From assembly GCA_963754315.1 (NCBI GenBank), contig CAVWFS010000019.1, positions 768,001-832,000 on the forward strand: a stretch of 64,000 nt of DNA, read 5' to 3'. The stretch comes from an uncultured Candidatus Rokubacteria bacterium. GTDB lineage: Bacteria > Methylomirabilota > Methylomirabilia > Rokubacteriales > CSP1-6. The position numbers were made by a program, and so were the translations under genes. This document shows positions 49,100 to 60,085 of the stretch, one piece after another; position 1 is the first letter of the stretch, and every line of letters starts with the position of its first letter. The notes beneath the pieces are model-generated. The model was not told where the DNA came from. It saw only the letters and a program-made list of their open reading frames with translations, and ran no database searches.

Positions 49100-49993
49100 T
49101 CACAATTTAACCTGAACGCCGGCCAGCTGCTCCAAGACCTTGATAATCGCGCTTCCGTCTTCCTTGTTGAGCCCGGCCGCGCGCGCCATCTGGTAGACCT
49201 GTTGACTGATGTTGGCAAGGAGGAGAGGCATCCCCAGTTGCTTGGCAAACGCCGTCTCCAGCTCCTGATCCTTGTACGAGATGTCCACCGTTCCTCCCGG
49301 GGCAAAATCTCGGGCCATGATCCGGGGCACCCGTGTCTCGAAGGCGAAGCTCGTACCCGTGCTCACCCGCACGACATCATAGATCGTCTGCGGATCGAGC
49401 CCCGCCTTCACCCCGAGGACGAGCGCCTCCGCCACCGCCACCGTGTTGACCTGGACCAGCATGTTGTTGACCAGCTTCATGGCCAGCCCCTGGCCGATGC
49501 CGCCCACGTGGAAGATGTTCTTGCCCATTGCCTGGAAGAGGTCGCGGCAGGCTTCGACCGCGTCCCGCGCCCCTCCCGCGATGATCGACAGCTCGCCCGA
49601 GGCGGCACGTCCCGTTCCCCCGCTGACGGGAGCGTCGAGCATGGCCACACCCCGCGTGGCCAACCGGTCGTGCAGTCGACGCGCGGCAAAGGGGTCGATG
49701 GTGCTCATGCAAATCACGATGTGCCCGGCGCTGGCACCGGCCACGATGCCCCGGTCGCCGGCGATGACCGACTCCGCTTGCGAAGTCGTCTCGACCATGC
49801 AGATGGTCCGCCCGGCCGCCTGAGCCACCTGCTCCGGCGAATCGGCCGCCACGGCCCCTCGCTCGCGCAGGGCCGACAGCTTGGTCGAATCGACGTCGTG
49901 CACGACCAGCGAGAACCCGTGCCGGGCGAGATTCAGGGCCATCGGCCGGCCCATGTTTCCAAGCCCGATGAAGCCTACCTTCGCAGCTGGCAT
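49100..49993 (-). CDS. 3-hydroxyisobutyrate dehydrogenase-family oxidoreductase
   Basis: GFIGLGNMG, DAPVSGG, KLVNN, KD. Confidence 0.92.
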   Translation of the reverse strand: MPAAKVGFIGLGNMGRPMALNLARHGFSLVVHDVDSTKLSALRERGAVAADSPEQVAQAAGRTICMVETTSQAESVIAGDRGIVAGASAGHIVICMSTIDPFAARRLHDRLATRGVAMLDAPVSGGTGRAASGELSIIAGGARDAVEACRDLFQAMGKNIFHVGGIGQGLAMKLVNNMLVQVNTVAVAEALVLGVKAGLDPQTIYDVVRVSTGTSFAFETRVPRIMARDFAPGGTVDISYKDQELETAFAKQLGMPLLLANISQQVYQMARAAGLNKEDGSAIIKVLEQLAGVQVKL

Positions 49994-50010
49994 CGCGTTG
50001 TCCTTTCAAA

Positions 50011-50497
50011 GTCGGGGGGAGCGGCGCCGCTCCCCCCGACACCCCCCACCGGTTAGCCGCGCCGCCCGTCCCGCTCACCCTCCGGATCCCGCCACCTCAC
50101 GAGCGGCGCCGCTCCCCCCGACACCCCCCACCGGTTAGCCGCGCCGCCCGTCCCGCTCACCCTCCGGATCCCGCCACCTCACGAGCGGCGCCGCTCCCCC
50201 CGACACCCCCCACCGGTTAGCCGCGCCGCCCGTCCCGCTCACCCTCCGGATCCCGCCACCTCACGAGCGGCGCCGCTCCCCCCGACACCCCCCACCGGTT
50301 AGCCGCGCCGCCCGTCCCGCTCACCCTCCGGATCCCGCCACCTCACGAGCGGCGCCGCTCCCCCCGACACCCCCCACCGGTTAGCCGCGCCGCCCGTCCC
50401 GCTCACCCTCCGGATCCCGCCACCTCACGAGCGGCGCCGCTCCCCCCGACACCCCCCACCGGTTAGCCGCGCCGCCCGTCCCGCTCACCCTCCGGAT
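50011..50497. repeat. Tandem array of about 5.8 identical 82-bp units anchored on a perfect 30-bp palindrome
   Basis: Units start at 50019, 50101, 50183, 50265, 50347, 50429; GTCGGGGGGAGCGGC|GCCGCTCCCCCCGAC at 50011-50040. Confidence 0.95.
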
Positions 50498-51261
50498 TAC
50501 AATCCGCCGGTCACGTCGATGGTGACGCCGGTCACGAAGTCTGCGTCGCTCGAAGCGAGGAAGCAGATCACGCGGGCCTGGTCCTTGGCCTCGGCAACGC
50601 GGCGGAGGGGCGTGCGCTCGACTTCCTGAGCCTGCTCGTCTGCCGTTCGCTGCTCCCAGCGCGGGCGGATACGCTCCGTCAAGGTCAAGCTGGGAGCGAT
50701 GGCGTTCACGGTGATGCCGAACGGCCCTAGCTCGTGGGCCAGCTTACGGGTGAAGGCGATGATGCCGCCCTTGGCCGCCGCGTAGGCGCTGCTGCTCGAG
50801 GCGCTGAGCCCGCGTCCGGCGATGGACGAGAGGTTCACGATCTTGCCGCTTCGCTGATGCTTCATGAGTGGGACCACCGCGTGACAGAAGAGAAACGTGC
50901 CATCGAGGTTGAACGTGATCAGGCGCTGCCAGTCGGCCAGCGAGAGCTCGTCCACCGTGGCCGCCGACCGCGCGATGATGGTGCTGCCCCCCACCGCATT
51001 CACGAGAATGTCGATGCGCCCCAGCTCACGCGCCACCTTCGCCACGATATCGGCGACCTGCGTCTGGTCGAGCGCGTCGCCGCCAAAGGCGTGGGCACGG
51101 CCTCCCGCTCCCTGCAACGTCTGAGTGAGCGACGCCAGACGCCCGGCATCTGTGTCCACCGCGGCGATGATCCCGCCCTCGGCCGCAATGATCTCGGCCG
51201 TGGCGCGGCCGATCCCGCTGGCGGCGGCCGTGATGAGCGCCACCTTGTCTCGAAATCGCAT
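50497..51261 (-). CDS. Short-chain dehydrogenase/reductase
   Basis: TAAASGIG, NLSS, YAAAKGG, DVTGG. Confidence 0.9.
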   Translation of the reverse strand: MRFRDKVALITAAASGIGRATAEIIAAEGGIIAAVDTDAGRLASLTQTLQGAGGRAHAFGGDALDQTQVADIVAKVARELGRIDILVNAVGGSTIIARSAATVDELSLADWQRLITFNLDGTFLFCHAVVPLMKHQRSGKIVNLSSIAGRGLSASSSSAYAAAKGGIIAFTRKLAHELGPFGITVNAIAPSLTLTERIRPRWEQRTADEQAQEVERTPLRRVAEAKDQARVICFLASSDADFVTGVTIDVTGGL

Positions 51262-51280
51262 GGTCCTCCCTCTCTCTCTA

Positions 51281-53227
51281 TCAGTGACCGTCGCCGTGCG
51301 CGCACGTTCCGTGAGGCATCGGCCGGGCCACGTCCAGGGCCGGGTTGCGGTCGAAGAAACCAACCGGCTTGAGCATGAACCCGATGCAGGTGACCGGCAT
51401 CACCGGCCAGTCTTCGGGACGCACGACGTGATGGGCACCGAAGGTGTACCACACCACCACGTCGGTGTCCTCGAGCGGCCCGTCGTCCTGGACGTACGAG
51501 GGAAGCCCGGCGCCACCCGGGTGCTGATTCGGATAGTCGCCCGCCGCGTACCTCTCCCTCGGATCGTAGCGGGTAACCCAGAGATGCTTGGTCATGAAGG
51601 CTGCGCGCTTGGTGACAGAAGCCTCCCGCCCGGCGAAGGGAAGCACGTTTTCTCCGGGCATCAGCTTGTAGCCAACGGGCTGGCCGAGCCGGTTCCGCAC
51701 CGAGGGATTGACGATCTTCCAGAAGCGCCCGGCGAGCGGATCAATGAGACGCTGGGCCCGTGACTCGCGATCCAGCAAGGTGGCCTCGGTATGGAAGGCA
51801 TTGTGATGCGGATTCTCGGGGCCGGGCGGGTCGGCCACCGTGTTGACCTCGAAGACCGAGTTCCCGAGCCCGTCCACCATCGTGTCGAGCCGCACGTTGA
51901 AGAAGTGCTGGTGGATGGGTCCGTACACCTGGGGCGCCACCAGCTCGCCCCACCGGGGTTGCTCCCCTGGCATGACGGCGCCGTTCGAGATGATCCCGGT
52001 GAGCTTCACCTCGAGCTGGATGGTCCCATCCTGATAGAAATACCAGTAGAAGCCGTACTCGTAGTTGCCAACGGTGGCGATGAACGAAACCACCAGCCGG
52101 CGGGAGCGTCGCACCTCGGTGTACCCTGTCCGCCAGTCGTGGTGCTTCCAGAGGATGCCGTCGTCCTCCTCGTGCAGGCAGATGACATTCTTCAAGGTCA
52201 GCGGCGCGCCCTGGCTATCGTTGACGACGGCGTCCAGATAGCGAATCTCCCCCAGGCAGTCGCAACCCAGTTCCAGCGAGTTGGCGAGGTAGCCGATTCC
52301 GTACTCGCCCACGTCGAAGGCGTTGCGGTGAAAGAAGGTCGGCCGTGGATCGCCGTAGGGCACGACCATGTCGACCACGGACGCGCGATAGAGGATCGGC
52401 CTCGCCCGGCCCTGATCGTGATACGTCACTGTGTGGAGCACCAACCCCTCACGCGGGGTGAAGCCCAGACGCATCTGCCATTTCTGCCAGGACAGCTCGT
52501 GGCCGTGAAGTTCGAAGCTCGGCCCCTCCTCCTGGTGAATGGTGAGGGGTCTCAGGCCCGGACGCGTTCCGGCGACCTCCGGAGAGTAGTTCGCATCCTC
52601 GGGCGGCAAGGGCACCACACCGTAGTCCTCCACGTCGACGACGGTCATGGTGTGCAAGTCAACCACGGTGATGAGGTTGGCCACCGGCCGCGCGTAGCCG
52701 TTATCGTTTGGGCTCCGTCGGACCCAGGTCAACGCACGGACCAGGCGTCGCCCCTCCTCGCCCTTGATGCCGAAGTTTCCGGCCGACCACGGATCGACCA
52801 TGGCCAGGCTAAAGTCGGTGAGGCCCCGCTTGCGCATGGCCTCCTGCCAGCGGGGATCGGCGCGCACGGCAGCTTCCGCCTCGAAGAACTCGTCGAAGAC
52901 GATGGACGGCTGCGCACCCGGGACATGCTCCCAGGCCAGCACCTGCTCACGGGTCAAGGAGACAATGGCCTCGTAAGTCTTCCCGACCGCGGAGTCGATG
53001 AGCACGATGAAGGCCGCACGCTCCAGAGGGTGATCGGGCTGGTGGCTGAGGACGATTTCCTTGGCAGGCTCCTGCAGAGCGATGGAAATGACGCGCGGGC
53101 GGGGGCCCACGGGGCGCTGTCTCCGGAGAATGTCCCAGGCCAAGCTGATCTCGTCAGCGCCGAGTGGATCCAGTGGATGAGCAACGTCCCGGCGAGCCTC
53201 AGTGATGGCACTCATCGTCCTCTCCAT
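51281..53227 (-). CDS. Copper-containing primary amine oxidase (TPQ)
   Basis: HPLDPL, TVGNYEY (TPQ consensus), HQH, HH..RPEDWPVMP, FFDRNPALD. Confidence 0.95.
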   Translation of the reverse strand: MERTMSAITEARRDVAHPLDPLGADEISLAWDILRRQRPVGPRPRVISIALQEPAKEIVLSHQPDHPLERAAFIVLIDSAVGKTYEAIVSLTREQVLAWEHVPGAQPSIVFDEFFEAEAAVRADPRWQEAMRKRGLTDFSLAMVDPWSAGNFGIKGEEGRRLVRALTWVRRSPNDNGYARPVANLITVVDLHTMTVVDVEDYGVVPLPPEDANYSPEVAGTRPGLRPLTIHQEEGPSFELHGHELSWQKWQMRLGFTPREGLVLHTVTYHDQGRARPILYRASVVDMVVPYGDPRPTFFHRNAFDVGEYGIGYLANSLELGCDCLGEIRYLDAVVNDSQGAPLTLKNVICLHEEDDGILWKHHDWRTGYTEVRRSRRLVVSFIATVGNYEYGFYWYFYQDGTIQLEVKLTGIISNGAVMPGEQPRWGELVAPQVYGPIHQHFFNVRLDTMVDGLGNSVFEVNTVADPPGPENPHHNAFHTEATLLDRESRAQRLIDPLAGRFWKIVNPSVRNRLGQPVGYKLMPGENVLPFAGREASVTKRAAFMTKHLWVTRYDPRERYAAGDYPNQHPGGAGLPSYVQDDGPLEDTDVVVWYTFGAHHVVRPEDWPVMPVTCIGFMLKPVGFFDRNPALDVARPMPHGTCAHGDGH

Positions 53228-53265
53228 GCTCGCGTTCGATCATGATCTGGTTACCCCAACCCTTC

Positions 53266-54933
53266 TCAGACCGCAGCGCCGGCGGCGCGGAAGGCTTTGG
53301 CGATGATCGCTTGCGCTTCGTCCTGGATGCGGCGCAGATGGCTCTCGCCCTTGAAGCTCTCGGCGTAGATCTTGTACACAGCTTCCGTCCCCGACGGACG
53401 GGCAGCGAACCATCCGTGCTCGGTGACGACCTTGACGCCCCCGATGGGAAGCTGGTCGCCGGGGGCCGCTGTCAGCACGTCCTGCACCGGCGCTCCTGCC
53501 AACTCCTTGATGCGGAGATCGGCGCCCGTGAGCTTGGCGAGCGCCGCCTTCTCTTCGGGGGTCGCCTGGGCGTCGATGCGCTCGTAGGCGGGATCGCCGA
53601 ACTCGCGCGTGAGGTCCCGATACCACTCACCCGGCTCGCGGCCGGTGCGGGCCGTCATCTCGGCGGCGAGCAGACCCAGGATCAGTCCGTCCTTGTCGGT
53701 GGTCCACACCGTCCCGTCGCGACGCAGGAACGCGCCCCCGGCACTCTCTTCGCCTCCAAAGCCCAGCGAGCCGTCGAGCAAGCCGTCGACAAAGTACTTG
53801 AAGCCGACCGGAACCTCCAGAAGCCGGCGACCCAGCCGAGCTGCCACTCGATCGATCATGCTGCTACTCACGACGGTCTTGCCCACGGCCACCGTCGGCT
53901 TCCACCCCGGACGATGACGGAAGAGATAGTCGATGGCCACCGCCAGGTAGTGGTTGGGGTTCATGAGCCCGGCGGCGCGGCTCACGATCCCGTGCCGGTC
54001 GGCGTCGGTGTCGTTGGCGAAAGCGAGATCGAACTGATCGCGCAAGCCGATGAGGCGCGCCATCGCGTACCGCGACGAGGGGTCCATCCGGATCTCGCCG
54101 TCCCAGTCCACGGTCATGAACCGGAAGGTGGGATCCACCACATGGTTGACCACCTCCAGGCCGAACCCGTAGCGCTCCCCGATCGGCTCCCAGTAGTCCA
54201 CGCTGGCCCCGCCGAGCGGGTCGACTCCAATCTTCAGGGTCGTGCCCCTCAGCGCATCCATGTCGAGCACGCTTCCAAGGGCGCCGACGTAGGTGTTCAG
54301 ATAGTCAAAGGGGTGCATGGTGGCCAGTCGCCGGGCCCGGTCGTAGGGGACCCGGTCCACACCCCGCAATCCGTCCGCGAGCAACGAGTTGGCCGTGTTC
54401 TCGATCCACGTCGTGACACTCGTGTCAGCGGGGCCGCCAGAGGGCGGATTGTACTTGAAGCCGCCATACTCGGGGGGATTGTGGGAGGGTGTGATGACGA
54501 TGCCGTCCGCCAGGCCCGTCGTGCGCCGGCGATTGTAAGTGAGGATGGCCTCCGAGATCACCGGGGTCGGTGTCGCGCCATCCTTGACATCGAGCATCAC
54601 CTCGACCCCATGGGCCGCCAGCACCTCGAGGGCGCTGGCCCGAGCCGGTTCGGACAGCGCGTGCGTGTCCCAGCCCAGGAAGAGCGGTCCGTCGATCCTC
54701 TGATCCTTCCGGTAGAGACAGATTGCTTGGGTGATGGCGAGAATGTGCCCTTCGTTGAAGCCGACCTTCAGCGAAGAGCCTCGGTGGCCAGAAGTCCCGA
54801 AGGTCACGCGCTGCTCTCGCACGGAGGGATCCGGGCGCTCGGTGTAATACGCCGTGACCAGCTTCGGCACATTGACCAGGAGAGCGAGAGGAGCCGGCTT
54901 CCCGGCCAGCGGGTGGACGGTCGGAGCACTCAT
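53266..54933 (-). CDS. pgm: Phosphoglucomutase
   Basis: [33 protein letters not shown]. Confidence 0.96.
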   Translation of the reverse strand: MSAPTVHPLAGKPAPLALLVNVPKLVTAYYTERPDPSVREQRVTFGTSGHRGSSLKVGFNEGHILAITQAICLYRKDQRIDGPLFLGWDTHALSEPARASALEVLAAHGVEVMLDVKDGATPTPVISEAILTYNRRRTTGLADGIVITPSHNPPEYGGFKYNPPSGGPADTSVTTWIENTANSLLADGLRGVDRVPYDRARRLATMHPFDYLNTYVGALGSVLDMDALRGTTLKIGVDPLGGASVDYWEPIGERYGFGLEVVNHVVDPTFRFMTVDWDGEIRMDPSSRYAMARLIGLRDQFDLAFANDTDADRHGIVSRAAGLMNPNHYLAVAIDYLFRHRPGWKPTVAVGKTVVSSSMIDRVAARLGRRLLEVPVGFKYFVDGLLDGSLGFGGEESAGGAFLRRDGTVWTTDKDGLILGLLAAEMTARTGREPGEWYRDLTREFGDPAYERIDAQATPEEKAALAKLTGADLRIKELAGAPVQDVLTAAPGDQLPIGGVKVVTEHGWFAARPSGTEAVYKIYAESFKGESHLRRIQDEAQAIIAKAFRAAGAAV

Positions 54934-55024
54934 GCCTCACTCCATACGCAGTCGTGCGCACTGGACGTCGATGCGGCTCGCGTTCCGTGGGGCAAACGGA
55001 TGCATACCGGCCCCACGATAGCTG

Positions 55025-56069
55025 TCACTCGCCCCGGGAGCAAGGGAGCGAAGATGCTCCCCCTCCCTCCTCTCGGGCGTGTGTGTGCCAGACGAGCTCC
55101 GCCCCATGCGGATGGGCGACGGCCAGGAACTCGTCCGACCGACGCCCATGCGCAAAGTGCGTACGGCCGAGCAGGAAGGAACCAGCACGGCGAGATGGCA
55201 CCAGGGCCGCAATCTCGGGAACCACGCCGGAGCCTTCATTCGACACCCACACGATGTCCCGCCGCTCGGATGCCGCGGCCATCACACGGGCAAAGGCCGC
55301 CCGCCGTTCCGGAGTCACATAGCTGAGAACCGCGGAGTGAACGACCACCAGTTGTCCATCCGCGGGTGCCTCGTCCAGCAGGGCTGGAAGGTCGTCGAGC
55401 AGGTCTCCCGCACGGACGAGAGGCGGCTCGGTTCTGGCCAGCTCGAGCGCCGCCTGCAGCCGCTGGCGGCGCTCATGGTGATCCGGCCACACGGACGCCA
55501 GCAACCAGCGAACTGCGTCATCGTCGCGCACGTCGATCGGACGGAGATCGAGACCACAGCGCCAGACAATCCTCGGAACGGCCGGGGGGAGCGGAGTGGG
55601 ACCAGCCAGCGCGCACTTCACGTGCACGCGCGACGAGGCTAGCCCAATCCGAGTCGATCCAAAATCGTAGTAGAACTGGTCGAGGAGCAGACACAGCCCG
55701 GCGCTTGCTCCGACCTCGACGAGGACCAGCGGTCCGGACGGCAGAGCGGGAAGCAACACGGCGCAGCGCCCAACCTCGTTCGTCTGCGTCCGCCGCGATC
55801 GCATCAGCCCGCCAACCTCGCCGCCGTACCGCCTCAAGAACGCCCTCAGCTCGGGACCAGTGCGCGGCATGCGGTCCGGACCGGTTAGGAACTGGATGGA
55901 CGCAAAGAAGAGATTCGGCTGGATGACGGGCATGTCGGCGAGGAAGCTGACCACGTCGTCGTCCGCGGCGACGGCGAGCGCGAGCCGGTAGTAGGCCTCC
56001 GAGTAGCCCTTGCACTCCAGCTCGGCAAACCGTCGATACGTGAGGACGATGTCAGTAGGAGTCGTTCAT
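55025..56069 (-). CDS. DUF2332 family protein (probable +1 indel just after the ATG)
   Basis: YRRFAELEC..YS..Y, TQTNEVGR, EVGASAGL, HPHG; frame open to about 56065, ATG at 56069 is one base out. Confidence 0.75.
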
Positions 56070-56151
56070 CGGTTGCGTGAGCTCGAGGCTAGGGCCTACT
56101 ATCCATTTCCACCGACGAAATGCCGAAGACGGGCAGGAATGGAGAAGAGCG

Positions 56152-57096
56152 ATGAAGAATCTTATCGTGGGCGTACACGTCGCCGGCACCAACGTGACCA
56201 AGCTCATCGATGGCATCACGGCGGCCGAACGGGCGGGCATTCAGTGCGCATGGATGACGTGTGGCGGTGTCGCTCCCGATCCATTGGTGGTCTTCGCGGC
56301 CGCTGCGCTGCGGACAACCCGCATCCTGCTCGGGACCTCCATCATCCCGACTTTCCCCCGCCATCCCCTGGCGCTCGTCCAGGGCGCCGTCGCGCTGGAC
56401 GCCCTGGCCCCAGGCCGCCTCCGGCTTGGCGTCGGTCCGAGCCACAAGCCGTCGATCGAGGGCACGTGGGGCATTCCGTTCGAGCGGCCGCAGGAGCACT
56501 TGCGGGAGTATCTCACCATTCTTCGGACCGCCCTGAACGGCGGGAAGGTGGACTTCGATGGCAAGCGCCTGAAGGGCCACGCTCAGCTTCCGGGCCCCAC
56601 CCGGGTAACGGTGATGGCGTCGGCCCTGCGGGCCATTGGCTTTCGCACCTGCGGCGAGCTGGCCGACGGCGCGATCTCGTGGGTGTGCCCTTTGCCGTAC
56701 CTTCGCGACGTCGCCGTCCCGGCGCTCCGGGAAGGCGCCGCCAAGGCCGGCCGGGCGACGCCGCCCCTGATCGTCCACGTTCCCGTCGCGGTAACCGAGG
56801 ACACGGGCGCCGTCCGCAAAGGGGCAACCGAGCAGCTCGGCCGGTACCCGCGCGTCCCGTATTACTCGCAGATGTTCCAGGACGCCGGATTCCCGGAGGC
56901 CAAGGACGGCCAGCTGTCCGACCGCATGATCGACGCGCTGGTCGTCCACGGCAACGCCGCCCACGTTAAGGAGCGCTTGCGCCAGCTTCCGTCGTTCGGG
57001 GCCGATGAGCTGCTCGCCATGCCGATCCTGCCGTCGGGGGACGACCAGGCGCTCGCCCGCACGCTCGCGGCACTCGGCGAGCTGGCCGCCGAGTAG
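56152..57096 (+). CDS. LLM-class flavin/F420-dependent oxidoreductase
   Basis: LGTSIIPTFPRHP, GRLRLGVGPSH, GELADG. Confidence 0.9.
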   Translation: MKNLIVGVHVAGTNVTKLIDGITAAERAGIQCAWMTCGGVAPDPLVVFAAAALRTTRILLGTSIIPTFPRHPLALVQGAVALDALAPGRLRLGVGPSHKPSIEGTWGIPFERPQEHLREYLTILRTALNGGKVDFDGKRLKGHAQLPGPTRVTVMASALRAIGFRTCGELADGAISWVCPLPYLRDVAVPALREGAAKAGRATPPLIVHVPVAVTEDTGAVRKGATEQLGRYPRVPYYSQMFQDAGFPEAKDGQLSDRMIDALVVHGNAAHVKERLRQLPSFGADELLAMPILPSGDDQALARTLAALGELAAE

Positions 57097-57167
57097 CGCA
57101 GACCGCGCCGTGCTCAACGCTTGACCCCGACCGCCCCTGGATACAGACTGCCCTCGGGGGAGGCAGG

Positions 57168-57440
57168 ATGGCGCTCTTCAAGGCGGAGAAGAAGCCGCCC
57201 CGAGCGGGGGCAGCCGGCAAGTGGGATGTCGTCGTCAGCGAGGACATGTGCAAGGCGTGCGGTTTCTGCCTCGGCATCTGTCCCGTCCCCGTGTTCGAGT
57301 ACCGGAAGGTGCCCAACAAGCTCGGCTGGTTCCCCATGTACGTGAAGCACGAGGAAAACTGCATCGGCTGCATGCTGTGCTACCAGATCTGCCCCGATTT
57401 CTGCATCCAGGTCTCGGTGAAGGCCGGCGCGGCGCCATGA
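57168..57440 (+). CDS. 2[4Fe-4S] ferredoxin, delta subunit of 2-oxoacid:ferredoxin oxidoreductase
   Basis: CKACGFCLGICP and CIGCMLCYQICPDF. Confidence 0.9.
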   Translation: MALFKAEKKPPRAGAAGKWDVVVSEDMCKACGFCLGICPVPVFEYRKVPNKLGWFPMYVKHEENCIGCMLCYQICPDFCIQVSVKAGAAP

Positions 57441-58666
57441 TCGCCGTCGTGCACGAGGGCCTCGTGGCCCCCTGGACGGAGTGGGAGCGGCAGTGCCAGA
57501 ACGGGCGGCGCCTGCTGGAGGCAGGAACGTACGCGCTGACCGAAGGCGCCATCGCCGCCGGCTGTCGCGTGTTCGCTGGCTATCCGATCACGCCAGCCAC
57601 CGACATCGCCGAGTACATGTCAAAGCGGCTGCCCCAGGTCGGCGGCTACTACGTTCAGTGCGAGGACGAGTTGGCAGGCATGCACGCGTGCGCGGGGGCA
57701 AGCCTCGGCGGACTCAAGGCGATGACGGCCACCTCCGGTCCCGGCTACACGCTCATGCACGACGCCTATGGCTGGTCGATCACCAACGAGATCCCCCTCG
57801 TGGTGGTGGACGCCATGCGCGTGGGGCCCATCAGCGGGATCACCGGCGCTCCCGGGCAGGGCGAGTTCTACATCGCCCGCTACGCCTCCCACGGCGGCAA
57901 TTTCGAGACGATCGTCGTGTCGCCATCGTCCGTGCAGGAGGCGTTTTGGCTCACCATCGATGCCTTCAACCTGTCGGAGCGGTTCCGGACCCCGGTCACC
58001 ATCCTCACCGACCAGGTCGTTTCCGACATGTGGGAGGACCTCTTCATCCCGGCGGAGTATGAGTCGCTCGAGTTCGTCCTTCCGCGCAAGCACAACGTCA
58101 TGATGCCGTTCTATCCAGTAGGCTCCGCCGACATCGACGTGCCGCCGAACGTGATCGGCCACGGAAGCGGTGTGTGTGTATCGGCGTACACGCATACCGA
58201 AGAGGGTTACGACATCGAGGAGATGGAGGCCCAGTGGGCCCAGACGTACCGCCTCGTGAACAAGATCCGTCATCACATGGATCAGCTCGCCCGCTACGAA
58301 ACCCTCGGGCTGGAGGACGCGGAGGTTGTGGCGGTGGCCTACGGGGCCAACGCTCGCACGGTGAAGACGGGGGTGCGGGAGGCGCGGCGGCGCGGGGTGC
58401 GGGCCGGATTCATCCGCCCCATCACGCTCTGGCCCTTCCTCGACGAGCTGTTCGAGCGGGACTGCGCCTACGTGGTCTGCGAGCTGAACTATGACGGGCA
58501 ACTCGTGCGGGAAGTCCAGCGTGCGGCTCCCGACAAGCGCAAGGTCCACTTCATGGGCAAGAGCGCCGAGCTGCACACGGTGGCCGAGGTGGCGGCGGGC
58601 CTGGAAGGTGTGGCCCGCGCAGGTCGCGTGCCCGAGCTGCCTTACATATGGACGCAGATCCGCTGA
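57437..58666 (+). CDS. 2-oxoacid:ferredoxin oxidoreductase alpha subunit
   Basis: FAGYPITP, EDE, ATSGPG, TLWPF, ELNYDGQ. Confidence 0.92.
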   Translation: MIAVVHEGLVAPWTEWERQCQNGRRLLEAGTYALTEGAIAAGCRVFAGYPITPATDIAEYMSKRLPQVGGYYVQCEDELAGMHACAGASLGGLKAMTATSGPGYTLMHDAYGWSITNEIPLVVVDAMRVGPISGITGAPGQGEFYIARYASHGGNFETIVVSPSSVQEAFWLTIDAFNLSERFRTPVTILTDQVVSDMWEDLFIPAEYESLEFVLPRKHNVMMPFYPVGSADIDVPPNVIGHGSGVCVSAYTHTEEGYDIEEMEAQWAQTYRLVNKIRHHMDQLARYETLGLEDAEVVAVAYGANARTVKTGVREARRRGVRAGFIRPITLWPFLDELFERDCAYVVCELNYDGQLVREVQRAAPDKRKVHFMGKSAELHTVAEVAAGLEGVARAGRVPELPYIWTQIR

Positions 58667-58693
58667 GACGGACGCGTCGGGAGATCCCCTGAG

Positions 58694-59527
58694 ATGAACA
58701 AGCTGGCGGCGAAGTACCTCCGTCCCAGTCAGATCCCCACCAAAGCCTGCCATGGCTGCGGGATCGGGATGATCGAGAACTGGCTCTTGCAGGCCATCGA
58801 CGAGCTCGGCCTCAAACAGGAGGACGTCATCTTCGGGACCGGCATCGGCTGTGTGGGCCGGCAGACCTTCGCCACCTGGGGCGGCGACAATTTCGGCGCC
58901 ACCCATGGCCGCGCCCTCGCTGTCGCCACCGGCCTCAAGCTGGCCCAGCCCGACAAGACATATCTGATCGTGGTCGGCGACGGTGACGCGGCTTCCATCG
59001 GGACCTCTCACCTGATCCACGCCGCGCGCCGCAACCTCGGGGTCACGGTGATTTGCGAGGACAACATGGGCTACGAGTCCACCGGCGGCCAGTTCTCGCC
59101 GACCACACCCGCGGGCTACGTCACGAACTCGAGCCCCTACGGCATGGTCGAACCGGGCTTCGATCCCTGTGACGTCGTGAAGGCGGCCGGGGCCACTTTC
59201 GTGGCGGAAACGACGGCTACCCAGTGGCACCAGACGGTCAAGATCGTGAAGAAGGCCCTCCAGAACGACGGCTTCTCCTTCGTCCACGTCCGCTTCCCCT
59301 GTAACGAGAACTTCGGGGCCTACGCGCTGGGTACCCGGGACACCCTGAAGAACCTCGAGTGGATCTACGAGCACACGCAGGGTCGCAAGAGCGACGGCAG
59401 CGAAACCGATTTCGTGTGGGAGACCGGCATCAAGCACGATGCCTCCAACAGCCGGCCGGAGTTCTCCAAGGTCATGCGCGACATGAACGCGCGCGTGAAG
59501 GCAGACATGGAGGCGAAGAAGCGTTGA
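58694..59527 (+). CDS. 2-oxoacid:ferredoxin oxidoreductase beta (TPP-binding) subunit
   Basis: CHGCG, GIGC, HGRA, GDGD, TGGQFSPT. Confidence 0.92.
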   Translation: MNKLAAKYLRPSQIPTKACHGCGIGMIENWLLQAIDELGLKQEDVIFGTGIGCVGRQTFATWGGDNFGATHGRALAVATGLKLAQPDKTYLIVVGDGDAASIGTSHLIHAARRNLGVTVICEDNMGYESTGGQFSPTTPAGYVTNSSPYGMVEPGFDPCDVVKAAGATFVAETTATQWHQTVKIVKKALQNDGFSFVHVRFPCNENFGAYALGTRDTLKNLEWIYEHTQGRKSDGSETDFVWETGIKHDASNSRPEFSKVMRDMNARVKADMEAKKR

Positions 59528-60078
59528 CCGTCACCCCGACCAAGACGCGGACGGAGATCCTCATCTCCGGCTTCGGAGGCCAGGGTGTGGTCCGCATGGG
59601 CCAGATCCTGGGTCTCTGCGCCATCAATCAGGGCCATCGGGTGACGATGCTCAAGAGCCACGGCACCGAGACGCGCGGCGGCTATGTGCGGGCCCAGCTT
59701 GTGATCTCGCCCGAGGACGTCGACAGCCCCGTGGTCGAGCACGCGGACGTCTTCGTCGCTTTCTCCCAGCCGGCCTACCGGCGGTTCTACGACCACTGCG
59801 ATGGCAAGGTCCTGTACGACCCCGAGATGGTGGAGGACGTGCACGGCGACGCCCCCGAACGCCACGTGGCTGTGCCGGCCACCCAGCTCTCCAAGGAGAA
59901 GTTCGCGAACCAGCTCTTCGCGAACATGATCATGCTGGGCGCCCTCACCCGCATCGCCGCGCTCGACTACGAGGCCATGCGTCAGGCCATGCTCGCGGTG
60001 ATCCCGCGCTTTCACGAGCAGAACCTGGCCGCCCTCGAGCTCGGCCACACCCTTCCCGTCGTCAGCTCCCCCTCCTGA
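59524..60078 (+). CDS. 2-oxoacid:ferredoxin oxidoreductase gamma subunit
   Basis: SGFGGQGV, ETRGG, ANMIMLG, NLAALELG. Confidence 0.9.
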   Translation: MTVTPTKTRTEILISGFGGQGVVRMGQILGLCAINQGHRVTMLKSHGTETRGGYVRAQLVISPEDVDSPVVEHADVFVAFSQPAYRRFYDHCDGKVLYDPEMVEDVHGDAPERHVAVPATQLSKEKFANQLFANMIMLGALTRIAALDYEAMRQAMLAVIPRFHEQNLAALELGHTLPVVSSPS

Positions 60079-60085
60079 TCCCTGC

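Noticed and set aside
50019..50497. 82-bp array as a CRISPR array
   Set aside because: Units are wholly identical, with no unique spacers and no cas genes in the window
53242..55326. Long antisense or alternate-frame ORFs (e.g. 53242..55326 +, 40559..42727 -, 57620..59437 -, 7098..8549 +, 174..713 +)
   Set aside because: Shadow ORFs of real genes in high-GC DNA with no recognisable motifs
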